The notes: a model not told the origin generated them from the letters alone. Shown: positions 1-8,817, counted from the first letter of the stretch. The stretch: DNA of 20,000 nt from an uncultured virus (IMG/VR IMGVR_UViG_3300023174_000161) (IMGVR_UViG_3300023174_000161), one strand, 5' to 3'. Translations and numbers: made by a program.

Positions 1-859
1 TTTCGGCTTGTGTTCTCTTCTGAAACGCTTCTTGTTGTTGTTTTTCCTCAGATTGAATCAACTGCAAAACGGTATTAACGTCTTTAGTTAGAATATCCCT
101 ACGAGCAAATACTTTGTGAAGTTCTTCAGCCTTGTTTCTAACGGCAAGAGAATCAACGGGGTCAAAAGCACTAGTTGCCTCTTTAAGTAACGCCCTACGT
201 TTAGCTGGATCGGATTCGGCCATAGCCACATAAAGATTGCGGGGATCAATATTTTCATAAAGAGCGGCAATGTCAGCCACTTCTTTTTGTAGACTTGTCA
301 AAGGCTCGGTAACAGCTTGCTTGTATTCGCGGGTTGACTCAAGTCTTGAAAACTTTAACTCGTTCTCATACTCGTCTCGTTCCGACTTAAGAGCATCTAG
401 CTGGCTCTGCAAGCTAACTTGTTCAACAGAAGTGTTGGAGGTATCCGACATCTTTGTCTCAAGATCTTTAAGTTTTGCTCTGGCGTCACGCAAATCTTTA
501 GTAAGGCGAGCCCAAGCTGTTTGAGCTTCAGGTTTTAGATTTTCAGGCGTTTTAATGTCCAGGTCTAAATCCAAATCCTTCTTGGAATCGGTCAAGCTCT
601 CTTCTTTTCCGGTAAAGCGTTTTGTAAGGATATCAAGGGGGTTGGTTTTTTCTGACGCATCACTTTTGGGATTAACAATCGGTTCTGAAGATTTTGTTAC
701 TTCAGGAGTAGAGATAGTAGTAGTCGGCGTTGTTGAAACCGATGGTGTTTCTGTTGCTTTATTAATAGAGTCAAATCCTGCATCTACTGCGTCGGCAAGA
801 GATACAAAATCATTTCCCGAAGATGCTGGGGCTTGGGGTGTTGCTGTTGTTTCGCTCAT
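1..859 (-). CDS. Probable capsid scaffolding protein (3' end truncated by window edge)
   Basis: Not in the ORF track because it has no stop in the window. Read manually from ATG at 859 (AAGGA upstream): MSETTATPQAPASSGNDFVSLADAVDAGF..., open for 286 codons. Low-complexity S/T/P/E N-terminus, then coiled-coil (AWARLTKDLRDARAKLKDLE). Lies downstream of portal, the usual scaffold position. Confidence 0.6.
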   Translation of the reverse strand, partial: MSETTATPQAPASSGNDFVSLADAVDAGFDSINKATETPSVSTTPTTTISTPEVTKSSEPIVNPKSDASEKTNPLDILTKRFTGKEESLTDSKKDLDLDLDIKTPENLKPEAQTAWARLTKDLRDARAKLKDLETKMSDTSNTSVEQVSLQSQLDALKSERDEYENELKFSRLESTREYKQAVTEPLTSLQKEVADIAALYENIDPRNLYVAMAESDPAKRRALLKEATSAFDPVDSLAVRNKAEELHKVFARRDILTKDVNTVLQLIQSEEKQQQEAFQKRTQAE

Positions 860-874
860 TGGTTTTTTTCCTTA

Positions 875-1162
875 TTAGTTTATGGTTTCTGTTTTGGTTT
901 CCCAAGGCTCTGGTAATTCGTCCTTCTGGACAAAGTCTTCTGACAAAGAACTTAATACACGTACAGCTTCAAAATACCCTTCTCGTCGCGCATTTAAAGT
1001 TGCGTTCCAATCAATAAAATCTACTCCTGCCGGAGGCATAGTTGGAATAGGCATTCCCAAACTCATAAGAACTTCTTTCAAAGCTTCGCCAGCTTCTGAG
1101 TGGCAAAACGTTTTCCAGGCAATTTTAAAGTCGTCTCGTTTATTCCAATCTTTTAATGTCAT
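875..1162 (-). CDS. Small conserved phage protein downstream of portal (Bbp19-like pattern)
   Basis: 95 aa, 4-nt overlap with the portal stop. Pattern F..SEAG..L..VL ... ARREG resembles small proteins found between portal and scaffold genes. Confidence 0.6.
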   Translation of the reverse strand: MTLKDWNKRDDFKIAWKTFCHSEAGEALKEVLMSLGMPIPTMPPAGVDFIDWNATLNARREGYFEAVRVLSSLSEDFVQKDELPEPWETKTETIN

Positions 1163-3429
1163 GCTTTTGGTGCGGTGTTAGTTTTCAACGCAGCACTTAA
1201 ACTAGCCGCCGCTTGAGCATCTTGTAAAGCTAATTTTTGTTTCATTTCAGCTTCTTGAAATTTAGCGTCCAGCATCGCTTTCTCTTGTTTCAGCTGCATG
1301 TCGAGCTGATGTTCTTGCATTTTCATCTGCATCTGAGGACTTATGGGCTGAACTTGGCCCTGTTCTAAAGCGGCTTGCTGTTGTTCTTCATTGGCTTTTC
1401 GAATATCTTCTTCAACATCGCGCTGCAAATTCACAACTGCTTCTCGCATCAAATTCATCGCCATCTTAATCTGACCAAGTTCAGCTTGCTTCGTCTGGTC
1501 TTGAGCAATCCTGATAAAATGATCATTAACGTGCTGGAACATTATCGATAGGTAAGCAAGGGTTTGTTGTTTATCTTCCACTTGTTTGTTCTGTACTGCC
1601 TGAACAATAGGACCGCTGTCGCCAAGGTGAACCGCTAAATGAATGGAATGGTTTTCGCTAGGTAGAACGCTCATCTGCTTGCCTTCCTGCATGGCGGCAT
1701 TTTCTAACTGAGCAATCTTGGCGTCAGCAGGAATACGATTCTTAACGTTAGGATTAGGTAGATAACGATCGACCTGATCGTAACCAACTCGGGCGGCAAT
1801 CCTGTCGCGAATAGCATTGACTTGACCAACTTCATCAAATCGAGGGAGCATGCCCATAAACTCATTAAAGGCAGTAATACGAGCTGCGGGAGAACCTAGC
1901 CCGACTGATTTAACGGGCTCTACGCTGTACACAGCTTTTACTGCTTCCCAAGGAACAGATCTTTCTTCTAAGCGTCTCCGAAACAACATTGCTTCTGCCG
2001 CCCCATCTTCTCCTTCAATCCAAGTATCTCGTTGTAATCTCCGAAACTGTTCCCGAAGTAATCTACCCCAAGGAACATAAAACAAATTCATTGAGTTTGT
2101 CGTAAGAATACTTTCGTTCGCTACCTGGGCTTCAACTTCTGTGGCAGTCCTTGGATTGCCGGAAGGGCCATTCATTTGAGTCCTATAAGATCCAGTATTG
2201 CTTTGGCGAACCATCGCCATTTCGTTAATTAAAGGTTGAACATTCGCCGCAAGATTTGGATATTGAGTTTGAACGATATTGAGACCGGGGGGCAAGAACG
2301 AAAGCGGACCAGAATACGCCATTGACATTCGGGAAACATCTTCCCCGCTCTGCGGTTGGAGAAGTACAGAAGTTTGCAACATAGCTCCATCTGCCATGGC
2401 GCAACGCAAACGATTAGTCATCTGAATATGCGGGAAAATCTTATAACCTAGTCCGCGGATAGAGTGATAAGTGCCATTACCAATGCCATATGTAAAAATA
2501 TGAAAAGCTTCTGAAGCGGTCTTAAAACGGTTCAGCTTCTTAAATAAAAAATCTCCACTTCCGTCTCTGCGGCCTATCGCATGGGAATAAGAACCATCAA
2601 ACTCGCGAACATAATAATGGACAACATGAATTTCTTTTGAACGAACATGGGCAAAATAAAGATCATTGTTTTTCATTTGACGCTGTAACTCTTCCCAATT
2701 TAATCCTTCGGTTGGGAAGGTTGTAGTAGCGTCTAAAATAGCCTGACGAGCTGCCTCCACATTCCACCCAGCCTGAGCGGCAATTTTGGGGTCTTTGATA
2801 TACTCGTACAATTCATGAGTTAAATAAATCCTGCGAACGCAAGCAATATCAACTTTACCCTCCGTTGCGGAAGTACCTCGAGGCATAAAGAAATCACCAA
2901 TGGGGCAGACATTCCACTTCCAGTTTCTTTCGTCCTCAAAAAAAGCAATCCCCAAACCTTGCGAAACAAAATAGTAAGACAACAACTGCTGTTTAAAATA
3001 AAAACTATCCCAATCTTTTGTGATAAGACGATTAAATTCTTCTGCAATAATTGATCCGTATTCTTCTCTTTGACTTTCATCGCCAAACTTGGTTCTAATG
3101 TTAACCAGGCGATCAACAGAAGTTACAAGATCATTGTATGAAGTTAAGGCTTTTTCAAGATCTGCTCCGGCCTCGCCAAAGTTTAGGTTGGCTCGATAAC
3201 TCTGTCCAAGGCGTCGTAGAACAGTTGGGTCGTAAGGAGAGGCCCCATCAAACATATCCATGATTCGGGCGCGATCGCGAGCCGACTGTTCGTCAGCCAA
3301 ATACAATTGCTGGTATAAACCGTGCAGACCCTTCTGATCTGTGATACGCGTTTTTGGCGCTTTACCTTTGCTATTTAGGTTTAACAAGGAATCGTCGTTA
3401 GGAGAAGAAATAGGATATTTGGGCTCCAC
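1159..3429 (-). CDS. Portal protein (head-tail connector)
   Basis: About 756 aa, directly after terminase. Contains RTATEV, typical of podovirus-type portals, and a Gln-rich coiled-coil C-terminus. Start moved to in-frame GTG at 3429 because the track's TTG at 3468 is the -35 box of a promoter. Confidence 0.8.
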   Translation of the reverse strand: MEPKYPISSPNDDSLLNLNSKGKAPKTRITDQKGLHGLYQQLYLADEQSARDRARIMDMFDGASPYDPTVLRRLGQSYRANLNFGEAGADLEKALTSYNDLVTSVDRLVNIRTKFGDESQREEYGSIIAEEFNRLITKDWDSFYFKQQLLSYYFVSQGLGIAFFEDERNWKWNVCPIGDFFMPRGTSATEGKVDIACVRRIYLTHELYEYIKDPKIAAQAGWNVEAARQAILDATTTFPTEGLNWEELQRQMKNNDLYFAHVRSKEIHVVHYYVREFDGSYSHAIGRRDGSGDFLFKKLNRFKTASEAFHIFTYGIGNGTYHSIRGLGYKIFPHIQMTNRLRCAMADGAMLQTSVLLQPQSGEDVSRMSMAYSGPLSFLPPGLNIVQTQYPNLAANVQPLINEMAMVRQSNTGSYRTQMNGPSGNPRTATEVEAQVANESILTTNSMNLFYVPWGRLLREQFRRLQRDTWIEGEDGAAEAMLFRRRLEERSVPWEAVKAVYSVEPVKSVGLGSPAARITAFNEFMGMLPRFDEVGQVNAIRDRIAARVGYDQVDRYLPNPNVKNRIPADAKIAQLENAAMQEGKQMSVLPSENHSIHLAVHLGDSGPIVQAVQNKQVEDKQQTLAYLSIMFQHVNDHFIRIAQDQTKQAELGQIKMAMNLMREAVVNLQRDVEEDIRKANEEQQQAALEQGQVQPISPQMQMKMQEHQLDMQLKQEKAMLDAKFQEAEMKQKLALQDAQAAASLSAALKTNTAPKA

Positions 3430-3439
3430 AAGTTTGGCT

Positions 3440-3468
3440 AGTATGGGGGAATGCTGTGTTCCTGTCAA
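3440..3468 (-). promoter_or_regulatory. Sigma70-type promoter for portal operon
   Basis: TTGACA (3468-3463), 17-nt spacer, CATACT (3445-3440); GTG follows 10 nt later. Confidence 0.65.
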
Positions 3469-3479
3469 TCAGATTTGAA

Positions 3480-5195
3480 TTAACCCAAGAACGAAGAGTC
3501 TGCCACCGCTCGGTCTAGTTTTCTTACTTGGGTTTGCCAGGAGTCCCTCATTTTACCGCCCACAAGAGAACCTGCTTGAATGCCAAGCCTTTGTCTAGCA
3601 AGATCAAGCCCTAGAAAAAAAGCATCGGCCAAATCGGGAGACCGTCCAAGACGCAGTTTATAATCTCGTTTTGGCTCAATAGTAACCTTACCTCCGGCTG
3701 TAGTAGTGTATTTTCTACCAGTCATTTCTTTAGCTAAGTCGGGGAGTATACCTTTAAGCTGGCCCGACCTCATATATTCAACTCCCGAAAACCACAGTTC
3801 GGTAACGCGATTAGTATACTTATCTAAGCCTCGAATGGGATTAGTAATGCTAACGGGCAAAGCGGATGCTTTTTCTCCAAACTTGATTCGTACAATTCTT
3901 GGGGACCAAAGCTCAGCCAAGATGTCGCAAAACGGATCGCCTGCTCCAGTAGCGTCTATGGCTAGCCGTTCAGGAGGTACACCGGATTCATTGCATAACC
4001 GAATAACTTCTCGGGCAATCTGAAAGTTTCTGGGTTCTGGTTTGGTAACATCTTCTCTTAGGTGATGGAATTTATGCAATGCTACGGCGGGACCAGACTC
4101 CTCGCTCTGACCATATTTAATAATGGCGAGAACTGATCTATCTCCTCCATTTGTGAATGCCGGATCAAATCCAGCCAGGAACATAGGAGTATTCGACCAT
4201 CTCGGTTCTTTGGCGACATCGTACTTTCTAAAATCGGCTTCCGAATAAATGCCCTCTTCAGCCCCAACAGGAGCGGGGAAACTTCTAATGAACCGCCAGA
4301 ACGACAGAGAGTTTTCTCCTTCATTCTCAATAGCGTACTTTACTTGCTTGGAGGTTAACAAGAATGGCCATTTATCATTGTGCTCAATGTTGGGTGTTTT
4401 AAGTCCGTCTAAGTGAACGCATTTCCCCGTCTTAGTATCCCACTCGTCGGCGTCTACAGTTATTGAGTTCCAACCATCTTTCGGTGTAGAGAATATTCCG
4501 AATGGGTCGTACTGCGAATTAAAGTTACCAAGAGCGACGCATTGAAACTGAGGATTAGCATTAAGATTGTTAATAGCCTCAAAGACAGAATTAGTAACGT
4601 CGGTGGCCTCGTCAATAATTAAGAATACTCTTTTATTCTTTAAACCAATTAGTTTAGCGGTCGCTTCTTTTTCCTTGTCGGGACTGGAGGGAACCAAGGT
4701 TATGGAGGATCGATCCGATGCTTCGCCAGATTCCGATACGTCCAGCACAATTTTGCCCATAGAGTCAATTAACTTCCCTGGCAATCCTGGAACCTGCATG
4801 TATCGTTCACGTATTGAACCCCACAAACGTTTTCTTGCTTCTCGAACGCTAGTGGTGGTTACCAGCACAAGAGTCTCGTGCGGGGCGCACAACCAATTAA
4901 CAAGTCCCCACATAGCCATGGTTGAAGTTTTGGCGGAAGATTTGGGGCCGGAAATGGCTAGATAATTGTGTTCACACGCCCGTTCAATCATCCAATCGGC
5001 CCAAGGATGCCAATGAAATCCATTTTTGTTTTTAGTTTTATGATAAGGCCACAAAATATTTACCACGTTTTTAAAATGCTGAGCCTTACCCAAACCTCCA
5101 TCTTCCGGGCGTAACCCCCATTTGAAGGCGAGCAATTCAATGTCGAGATCGTTGGCGCCATCGGGCCAGGATTTTCCATATCGTTCAATAGGCAA
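3480..5195 (-). CDS. terL: Terminase large subunit
   Basis: Walker A-like SGPKSSAKT, Walker B FLIIDEA, coupling motif LGN, RNase H-fold LAGFDPA and C-terminal SPDLADA; adjacent to portal. Confidence 0.92.
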   Translation of the reverse strand: MPIERYGKSWPDGANDLDIELLAFKWGLRPEDGGLGKAQHFKNVVNILWPYHKTKNKNGFHWHPWADWMIERACEHNYLAISGPKSSAKTSTMAMWGLVNWLCAPHETLVLVTTTSVREARKRLWGSIRERYMQVPGLPGKLIDSMGKIVLDVSESGEASDRSSITLVPSSPDKEKEATAKLIGLKNKRVFLIIDEATDVTNSVFEAINNLNANPQFQCVALGNFNSQYDPFGIFSTPKDGWNSITVDADEWDTKTGKCVHLDGLKTPNIEHNDKWPFLLTSKQVKYAIENEGENSLSFWRFIRSFPAPVGAEEGIYSEADFRKYDVAKEPRWSNTPMFLAGFDPAFTNGGDRSVLAIIKYGQSEESGPAVALHKFHHLREDVTKPEPRNFQIAREVIRLCNESGVPPERLAIDATGAGDPFCDILAELWSPRIVRIKFGEKASALPVSITNPIRGLDKYTNRVTELWFSGVEYMRSGQLKGILPDLAKEMTGRKYTTTAGGKVTIEPKRDYKLRLGRSPDLADAFFLGLDLARQRLGIQAGSLVGGKMRDSWQTQVRKLDRAVADSSFLG

Positions 5196-5201
5196 GCAAG
5201 T

Positions 5202-5244
5202 AGTCTGGGTATTGGCTTGACAATTGTCAAATCGAGTTCAGCCT
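5202..5244. promoter_or_regulatory. Divergent promoter pair built on palindrome TTGACAATTGTCAA
   Basis: Perfect 14-bp palindrome at 5217-5230 gives TTGACA on both strands. Minus: N17 to CAGACT (5207-5202), 6 nt before terL TTG. Plus: N16 to a weaker CAGCCT (5239-5244). Confidence 0.65.
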
Positions 5245-5273
5245 AACCGAACGCTTTGGAACACATATGATCA

Positions 5274-5675
5274 ATGAACAGCTGTCAAAAAGGCAAGGTT
5301 GGAGAACGTGAGTGGCGTGATGTCCTCAAAGAAAAAGGTTTTGAGGCGCGGCGCGGTCGTCAATTCTCAGGCAGCCCTGAATCGCCGGACGTTATCTCAA
5401 ACCTCCCTTTTCACTTTGAGGTCAAGCGGGTTGAGGCCCTCAACATTGATAAAGCAATGGAACAGGCCCAACGAGACTGTGGCAAGAGTATGCCAGTTGT
5501 GGCCCATAGAAAAAACAAACGCCCGTGGCTTGTTACGATGGTTGCGGAAGATTGGCTTGATTTAGTTCGTGAAAAACATTCAGACGCCTGTCACCCTGCA
5601 TTCATGGCAGGAGAAATCAAAGAACACTTTACTAGCGGCAATTCGGAACCACTCAGTCGCGCTGGATTGTTCTGA
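5274..5675 (+). CDS. Holliday junction resolvase-like PD-(D/E)xK nuclease (Hjc-like)
   Basis: N-terminal KGKVGERE, PD motif (SPDV), EVK motif and PVVAHRKN..W, typical of phage Hjc-type resolvases. Confidence 0.8.
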   Translation: MNSCQKGKVGEREWRDVLKEKGFEARRGRQFSGSPESPDVISNLPFHFEVKRVEALNIDKAMEQAQRDCGKSMPVVAHRKNKRPWLVTMVAEDWLDLVREKHSDACHPAFMAGEIKEHFTSGNSEPLSRAGLF

Positions 5676-6873
5676 TACAGGAACTGGTAAAACCGTAACG
5701 GCTTGTTCAGTAGTTAAAGATCTTTCTATTCCGTTTGCAATTGTAGCTCCCAAAATAGTTCTTCCGGCCTGGAAAGAATGGTGTAGCACATTTGGGCTAC
5801 AGCCGGAGTTTGTGCTGAACTACGAAAAGCTTCGTACAGGTAATACCCCATACATTAAAAAACTTGGTAATAAACAATGGGAGTGGGCTCACAAGGGGCC
5901 AGAGTTTCTTTACATATTTGATGAGGTACACAAATGCAAGAGTTACAAGTCACAAAATGGAGCGATGCTTGAGGCCGCAAAATCCAGCAAAGTTTTAATG
6001 TTGTCGGCCACAGCTGCGGGAAGTCCTCTGGACATGCGATTTACAGGAAGATTATTGGGGCTGCACAATGGTTTAAACTTCTTCAGTTGGCTCCACAAAA
6101 ATGGTGTAGTTAAAGCTCCTTGGGGCGGAATGACTTTTCGTGGGGGTAAGCGGGTTCTTACTGACATACACTCAAAAATTTTTCCAGCTAAGGGGGTTCG
6201 TATACGAATTAGCGAGCTGGGTGACGCTTTCCCAAGCAATCAAGTCAACGCTCAGACGTTTGATATTTCGCCAAAGATTGGAGAACTATATCAACAGGTA
6301 GAGCAAGAAATAGCGGAATTAAAAGACAAAGCAAAAGACGATAGAGATCCAGAGAGCCCGTTGACAAAACGACTTCGCATGAGGCAAGAGATTGAACTTC
6401 TTCGGGTGCCGGTAATCGTTGAGATGGCGGAAGAGTTCTTGGCTGAAAATAAAAGCGTGGTTTGTTTTGTAAACTTTAGGCAAACTCTAGAAGCCATAGG
6501 GGAACGAACAAAAAAACTAAAACCTTTATACATTCACGGGGGACAATCTTCCAAAGAGAGGGAGGACAATGTTCAGGCATTCCAAGCAAACGCTCATCAT
6601 TTGCTGTTATGTCAAATAAACGCCGGAGGCGTCGGGGTAAATTTGCATGATCTCCATGGAAGACCTCGTGTCTCTTTGATTAGCCCTACGTATTCGGCGA
6701 TAGATTTAAAACAAGCTCTCGGTCGAATTCATCGGTCGGGGTCAAAATCTCCAGCGCTTCAGTATATTTTGTTTGCCGCAAATTCCGTTGAGGAAGAAGT
6801 AAGTCAATCAGTCAAAAGAAAACTTCGTAATATTGATTTGTTGAATGACGGTGATTTAATCACGCACAATTAG
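5569..6873 (+). CDS. Superfamily 2 (SNF2/DEAH-like) helicase
   Basis: Q-motif LHSWQ, Walker A DTGTGKT, DEVH, SAT motif III, GGVGVNL motif V, QALGRIHR motif VI. Confidence 0.9.
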   Translation: MKNIQTPVTLHSWQEKSKNTLLAAIRNHSVALDCSDTGTGKTVTACSVVKDLSIPFAIVAPKIVLPAWKEWCSTFGLQPEFVLNYEKLRTGNTPYIKKLGNKQWEWAHKGPEFLYIFDEVHKCKSYKSQNGAMLEAAKSSKVLMLSATAAGSPLDMRFTGRLLGLHNGLNFFSWLHKNGVVKAPWGGMTFRGGKRVLTDIHSKIFPAKGVRIRISELGDAFPSNQVNAQTFDISPKIGELYQQVEQEIAELKDKAKDDRDPESPLTKRLRMRQEIELLRVPVIVEMAEEFLAENKSVVCFVNFRQTLEAIGERTKKLKPLYIHGGQSSKEREDNVQAFQANAHHLLLCQINAGGVGVNLHDLHGRPRVSLISPTYSAIDLKQALGRIHRSGSKSPALQYILFAANSVEEEVSQSVKRKLRNIDLLNDGDLITHN

Positions 6874-6876
6874 TTG

Positions 6877-6904
6877 TTGACGATTACGTTTTGGAGGTCA
6901 CAAT
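6877..6904 (+). promoter_or_regulatory. Internal sigma70-type promoter
   Basis: TTGACG (6877-6882), 16-nt spacer, CACAAT (6899-6904); ATG at 6918. Confidence 0.5.
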
Positions 6905-6917
6905 CCACGTCACGCTA

Positions 6918-7154
6918 ATGGATACTCAACACGCAAGGTATAGCCCAAGCACTCTTAAAAGCCGGGAACTCTGCCCGGGGTATGAGCCTAAAAAAGATGG
7001 GCAAGTTCATATTGTAACCCAACGTGGAACAGCTATGCACTACGCTTGTGAAATGAGCGATTTCCAAAATTTAAATGCGGATGAAACTAAACTTGTGATG
7101 AAATGTTTGGATTACATTGAACGCCTTAGAGCGGAGTTGATTCAAGATGCTTGA
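6918..7154 (+). CDS. N-terminal part of Cas4/DUF2800-like exonuclease
   Basis: HARYSPS...CPG...RGTAMHYACE matches the N-terminal SPS/CP/GT..H pattern of DUF2800/Cas4-like nucleases. Ends in TGA overlapping the next ORF. Confidence 0.75.
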   Translation: MDTQHARYSPSTLKSRELCPGYEPKKDGQVHIVTQRGTAMHYACEMSDFQNLNADETKLVMKCLDYIERLRAELIQDA

Positions 7155-8025
7155 CGTAAAAGAAATTAAACTGGAGGTTTTTGACCAATGGGGTTTTGTG
7201 GATCGATTGATGATTCGCGGAAACAAAGCGCATTTGATCGATTACAAATTTGGTTTTAACCCCGTGGATGACGCTGAGCATAACGCTCAGATGTGGGCGT
7301 ACACGCTGGGTGTATTTGATAAATACGATTACATAACTGAAGTTACAGTTCACATATTGCAACCAAGACTTGATTTGATTTTCACTCATACGTTTAACCG
7401 GGAGGCTGACTATGGGAGAATACACAAACGAATAAAAGGAATTATAGACAAATGCAAAAATCACACCGAAGCGGATTACACACCTGGAGATCAATGTATT
7501 TACTGCCACAAACTAGCGGATTGTTCCGCAGTTCACGGAGCCACTATGCAAATAGTTAAAGCTTACGACCTAACCCACGATGCTCAGTTGCCCGAACTCT
7601 TTCAGCCAAATCAACTTTCGACACCAGAACGTAGGGCCCAGGCACAAAAAATTGCCATCGTCATGGAAGCATGGTGTGCTAGTGTCCGCAAACACAATTT
7701 AGAATTCGCCAAAGAGGGTGGAGAAATTCCTGGGTATGGACTACAGGAAGTTCAAGGAAAGAGAAAAATATTTGATTCGCAAAAAGCTTGGGAAACTGTC
7801 CAAAACAAATTGACGCCTGATGAATTTGCGTCGGCTTGCGAGGTCAGTTTTACGGATTTGGCGGAACTGGTTGCCGCCAAAGCGCCGAGAGGTCGGAAGA
7901 CCGCGGCGAAAGAACAACTGGAGGAAGAATTGTTTACTGCCGAAGCAATGAGGCGTAACGAACCTTCCTATCAACTAAAAAGAATAAAAGAGACAAATAA
8001 ACAAAATGAAAACCTCATTCAGTAA
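7147..8025 (+). CDS. C-terminal catalytic part of Cas4/DUF2800-like PD-(D/E)xK exonuclease
   Basis: GFVD, LIDYKFG, NAQMWAY motifs and CIYC-x5-C cluster; GGAG 10 nt upstream of ATG 7147. Confidence 0.85.
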   Translation: MLDVKEIKLEVFDQWGFVDRLMIRGNKAHLIDYKFGFNPVDDAEHNAQMWAYTLGVFDKYDYITEVTVHILQPRLDLIFTHTFNREADYGRIHKRIKGIIDKCKNHTEADYTPGDQCIYCHKLADCSAVHGATMQIVKAYDLTHDAQLPELFQPNQLSTPERRAQAQKIAIVMEAWCASVRKHNLEFAKEGGEIPGYGLQEVQGKRKIFDSQKAWETVQNKLTPDEFASACEVSFTDLAELVAAKAPRGRKTAAKEQLEEELFTAEAMRRNEPSYQLKRIKETNKQNENLIQ

Positions 8026-8722
8026 AAAAGATAAAGAAGCGGTGGAAGCAAGCGAAGAAAAGGCATTGGTATCCGCGGAGTCGAAATCTCCGACCATTAC
8101 CAATCGCAACGCCGGAGTAGACGGAGAGTTTAAAGCTTCCGACTTTTTGATCCCCAGGATCAATCTTGTCGGTAAGACTGGAAACCTCAGCAATAACTTC
8201 CAGCCAGGTTCTTTTGTGTTCAACAAAGAACTTGTTGTTGGTAGCAAGGACTCGGCGATGGAAGCAATCATCACCCACATCCAGAAGAAATACATCCAGG
8301 AAATTCCTTACGGAACGGATGTGATTCCAAAGATCTTTGCTTCGCAAGCCGAGGTGGAGTCAGCGGGTGGAACTTTGGATATATCCGAATCCGAAGATGT
8401 GGATCGGTATATCCCATTCTTGGTTCTGACTCTGTTGGTCTCCGAACCTAAAGATAAGAATCCGATCTTTTCTCTTGAGGGACCGGATAAAAAGAACTAC
8501 GCTTTGGCGCAGTACAATCTCACCAAGAGTGCGTACCGCGGAGCTGGTCGTCAGTTATTGACTGACAGTCAGACAGTATTGCGGGGTGGCCTAACAAAGG
8601 GTCGCTACCAGGTTAGCAGTAAGCTCAACACCAATACGATGGGCAGTTGGTTTACGCCCACGTTTAAATTGGCTGGAACAAATAATGACGAGTTCCAGGC
8701 TTGGGCTTCTAGTCTGATCTAA
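8006..8722 (+). CDS. Putative single-stranded DNA-binding/recombination protein
   Basis: Sits between exonuclease and PolA, the SSB position in such modules. DFLIPRINL...PG and C-terminal GSWFTP patterns resemble phage OB-fold SSB-like proteins. Confidence 0.5.
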   Translation: MKTSFSKKDKEAVEASEEKALVSAESKSPTITNRNAGVDGEFKASDFLIPRINLVGKTGNLSNNFQPGSFVFNKELVVGSKDSAMEAIITHIQKKYIQEIPYGTDVIPKIFASQAEVESAGGTLDISESEDVDRYIPFLVLTLLVSEPKDKNPIFSLEGPDKKNYALAQYNLTKSAYRGAGRQLLTDSQTVLRGGLTKGRYQVSSKLNTNTMGSWFTPTFKLAGTNNDEFQAWASSLI

Positions 8723-8734
8723 ACAGATGAAGAA

Positions 8735-8817
8735 GGGGAGACGTTCCGGCATGGTGCGGCGCGAGAAGCGCCGACAGGTCAAGTGTTCCTTGCCGCGTGA
8801 AACACCGGACGTCCTCC
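8735..8817 (+). ncRNA. Candidate structured RNA (three-way junction)
   Basis: GC-rich segment. P1 GGAGACGTTCCGG (8737-8749)/CCGGACGTCCTCC (8805-8817) with bulges; P2 CGGCGC-GAGAA-GCGCCG (8757-8773); P3 GG(T)CAAG-TGTTC-CTTGCC (8777-8794). Confidence 0.4.

Noticed and set aside
270..1181. Plus-strand ORFs 270-524, 555-878, 823-1017, 882-1181
   Set aside because: Antisense shadows of the minus-strand scaffold and small head genes; no RBS or motifs.
3430..3468. Portal start at TTG 3468 as given in the ORF track
   Set aside because: The TTG is part of a TTGACA -35 box with a correctly spaced -10; GTG 3429 fits better.
7131..7156. prfB-type programmed +1 frameshift at GCT-TGA-C
   Set aside because: prfB needs CTT-TGA in the zero frame with an SD 3 nt upstream. 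Here the P-site codon is GCT and the GGAG spacing fits initiation at ATG 7147. Kept only as a minor alternative.
6918..8025. CRISPR-Cas locus suggested by the Cas4-like protein
   Set aside because: No repeat-spacer array or other cas genes seen; solo Cas4-like nucleases are common in phage replication modules.
8713..8817. Hammerhead ribozyme
   Set aside because: GAAAC is present but there is no CUGANGA core in the right position.
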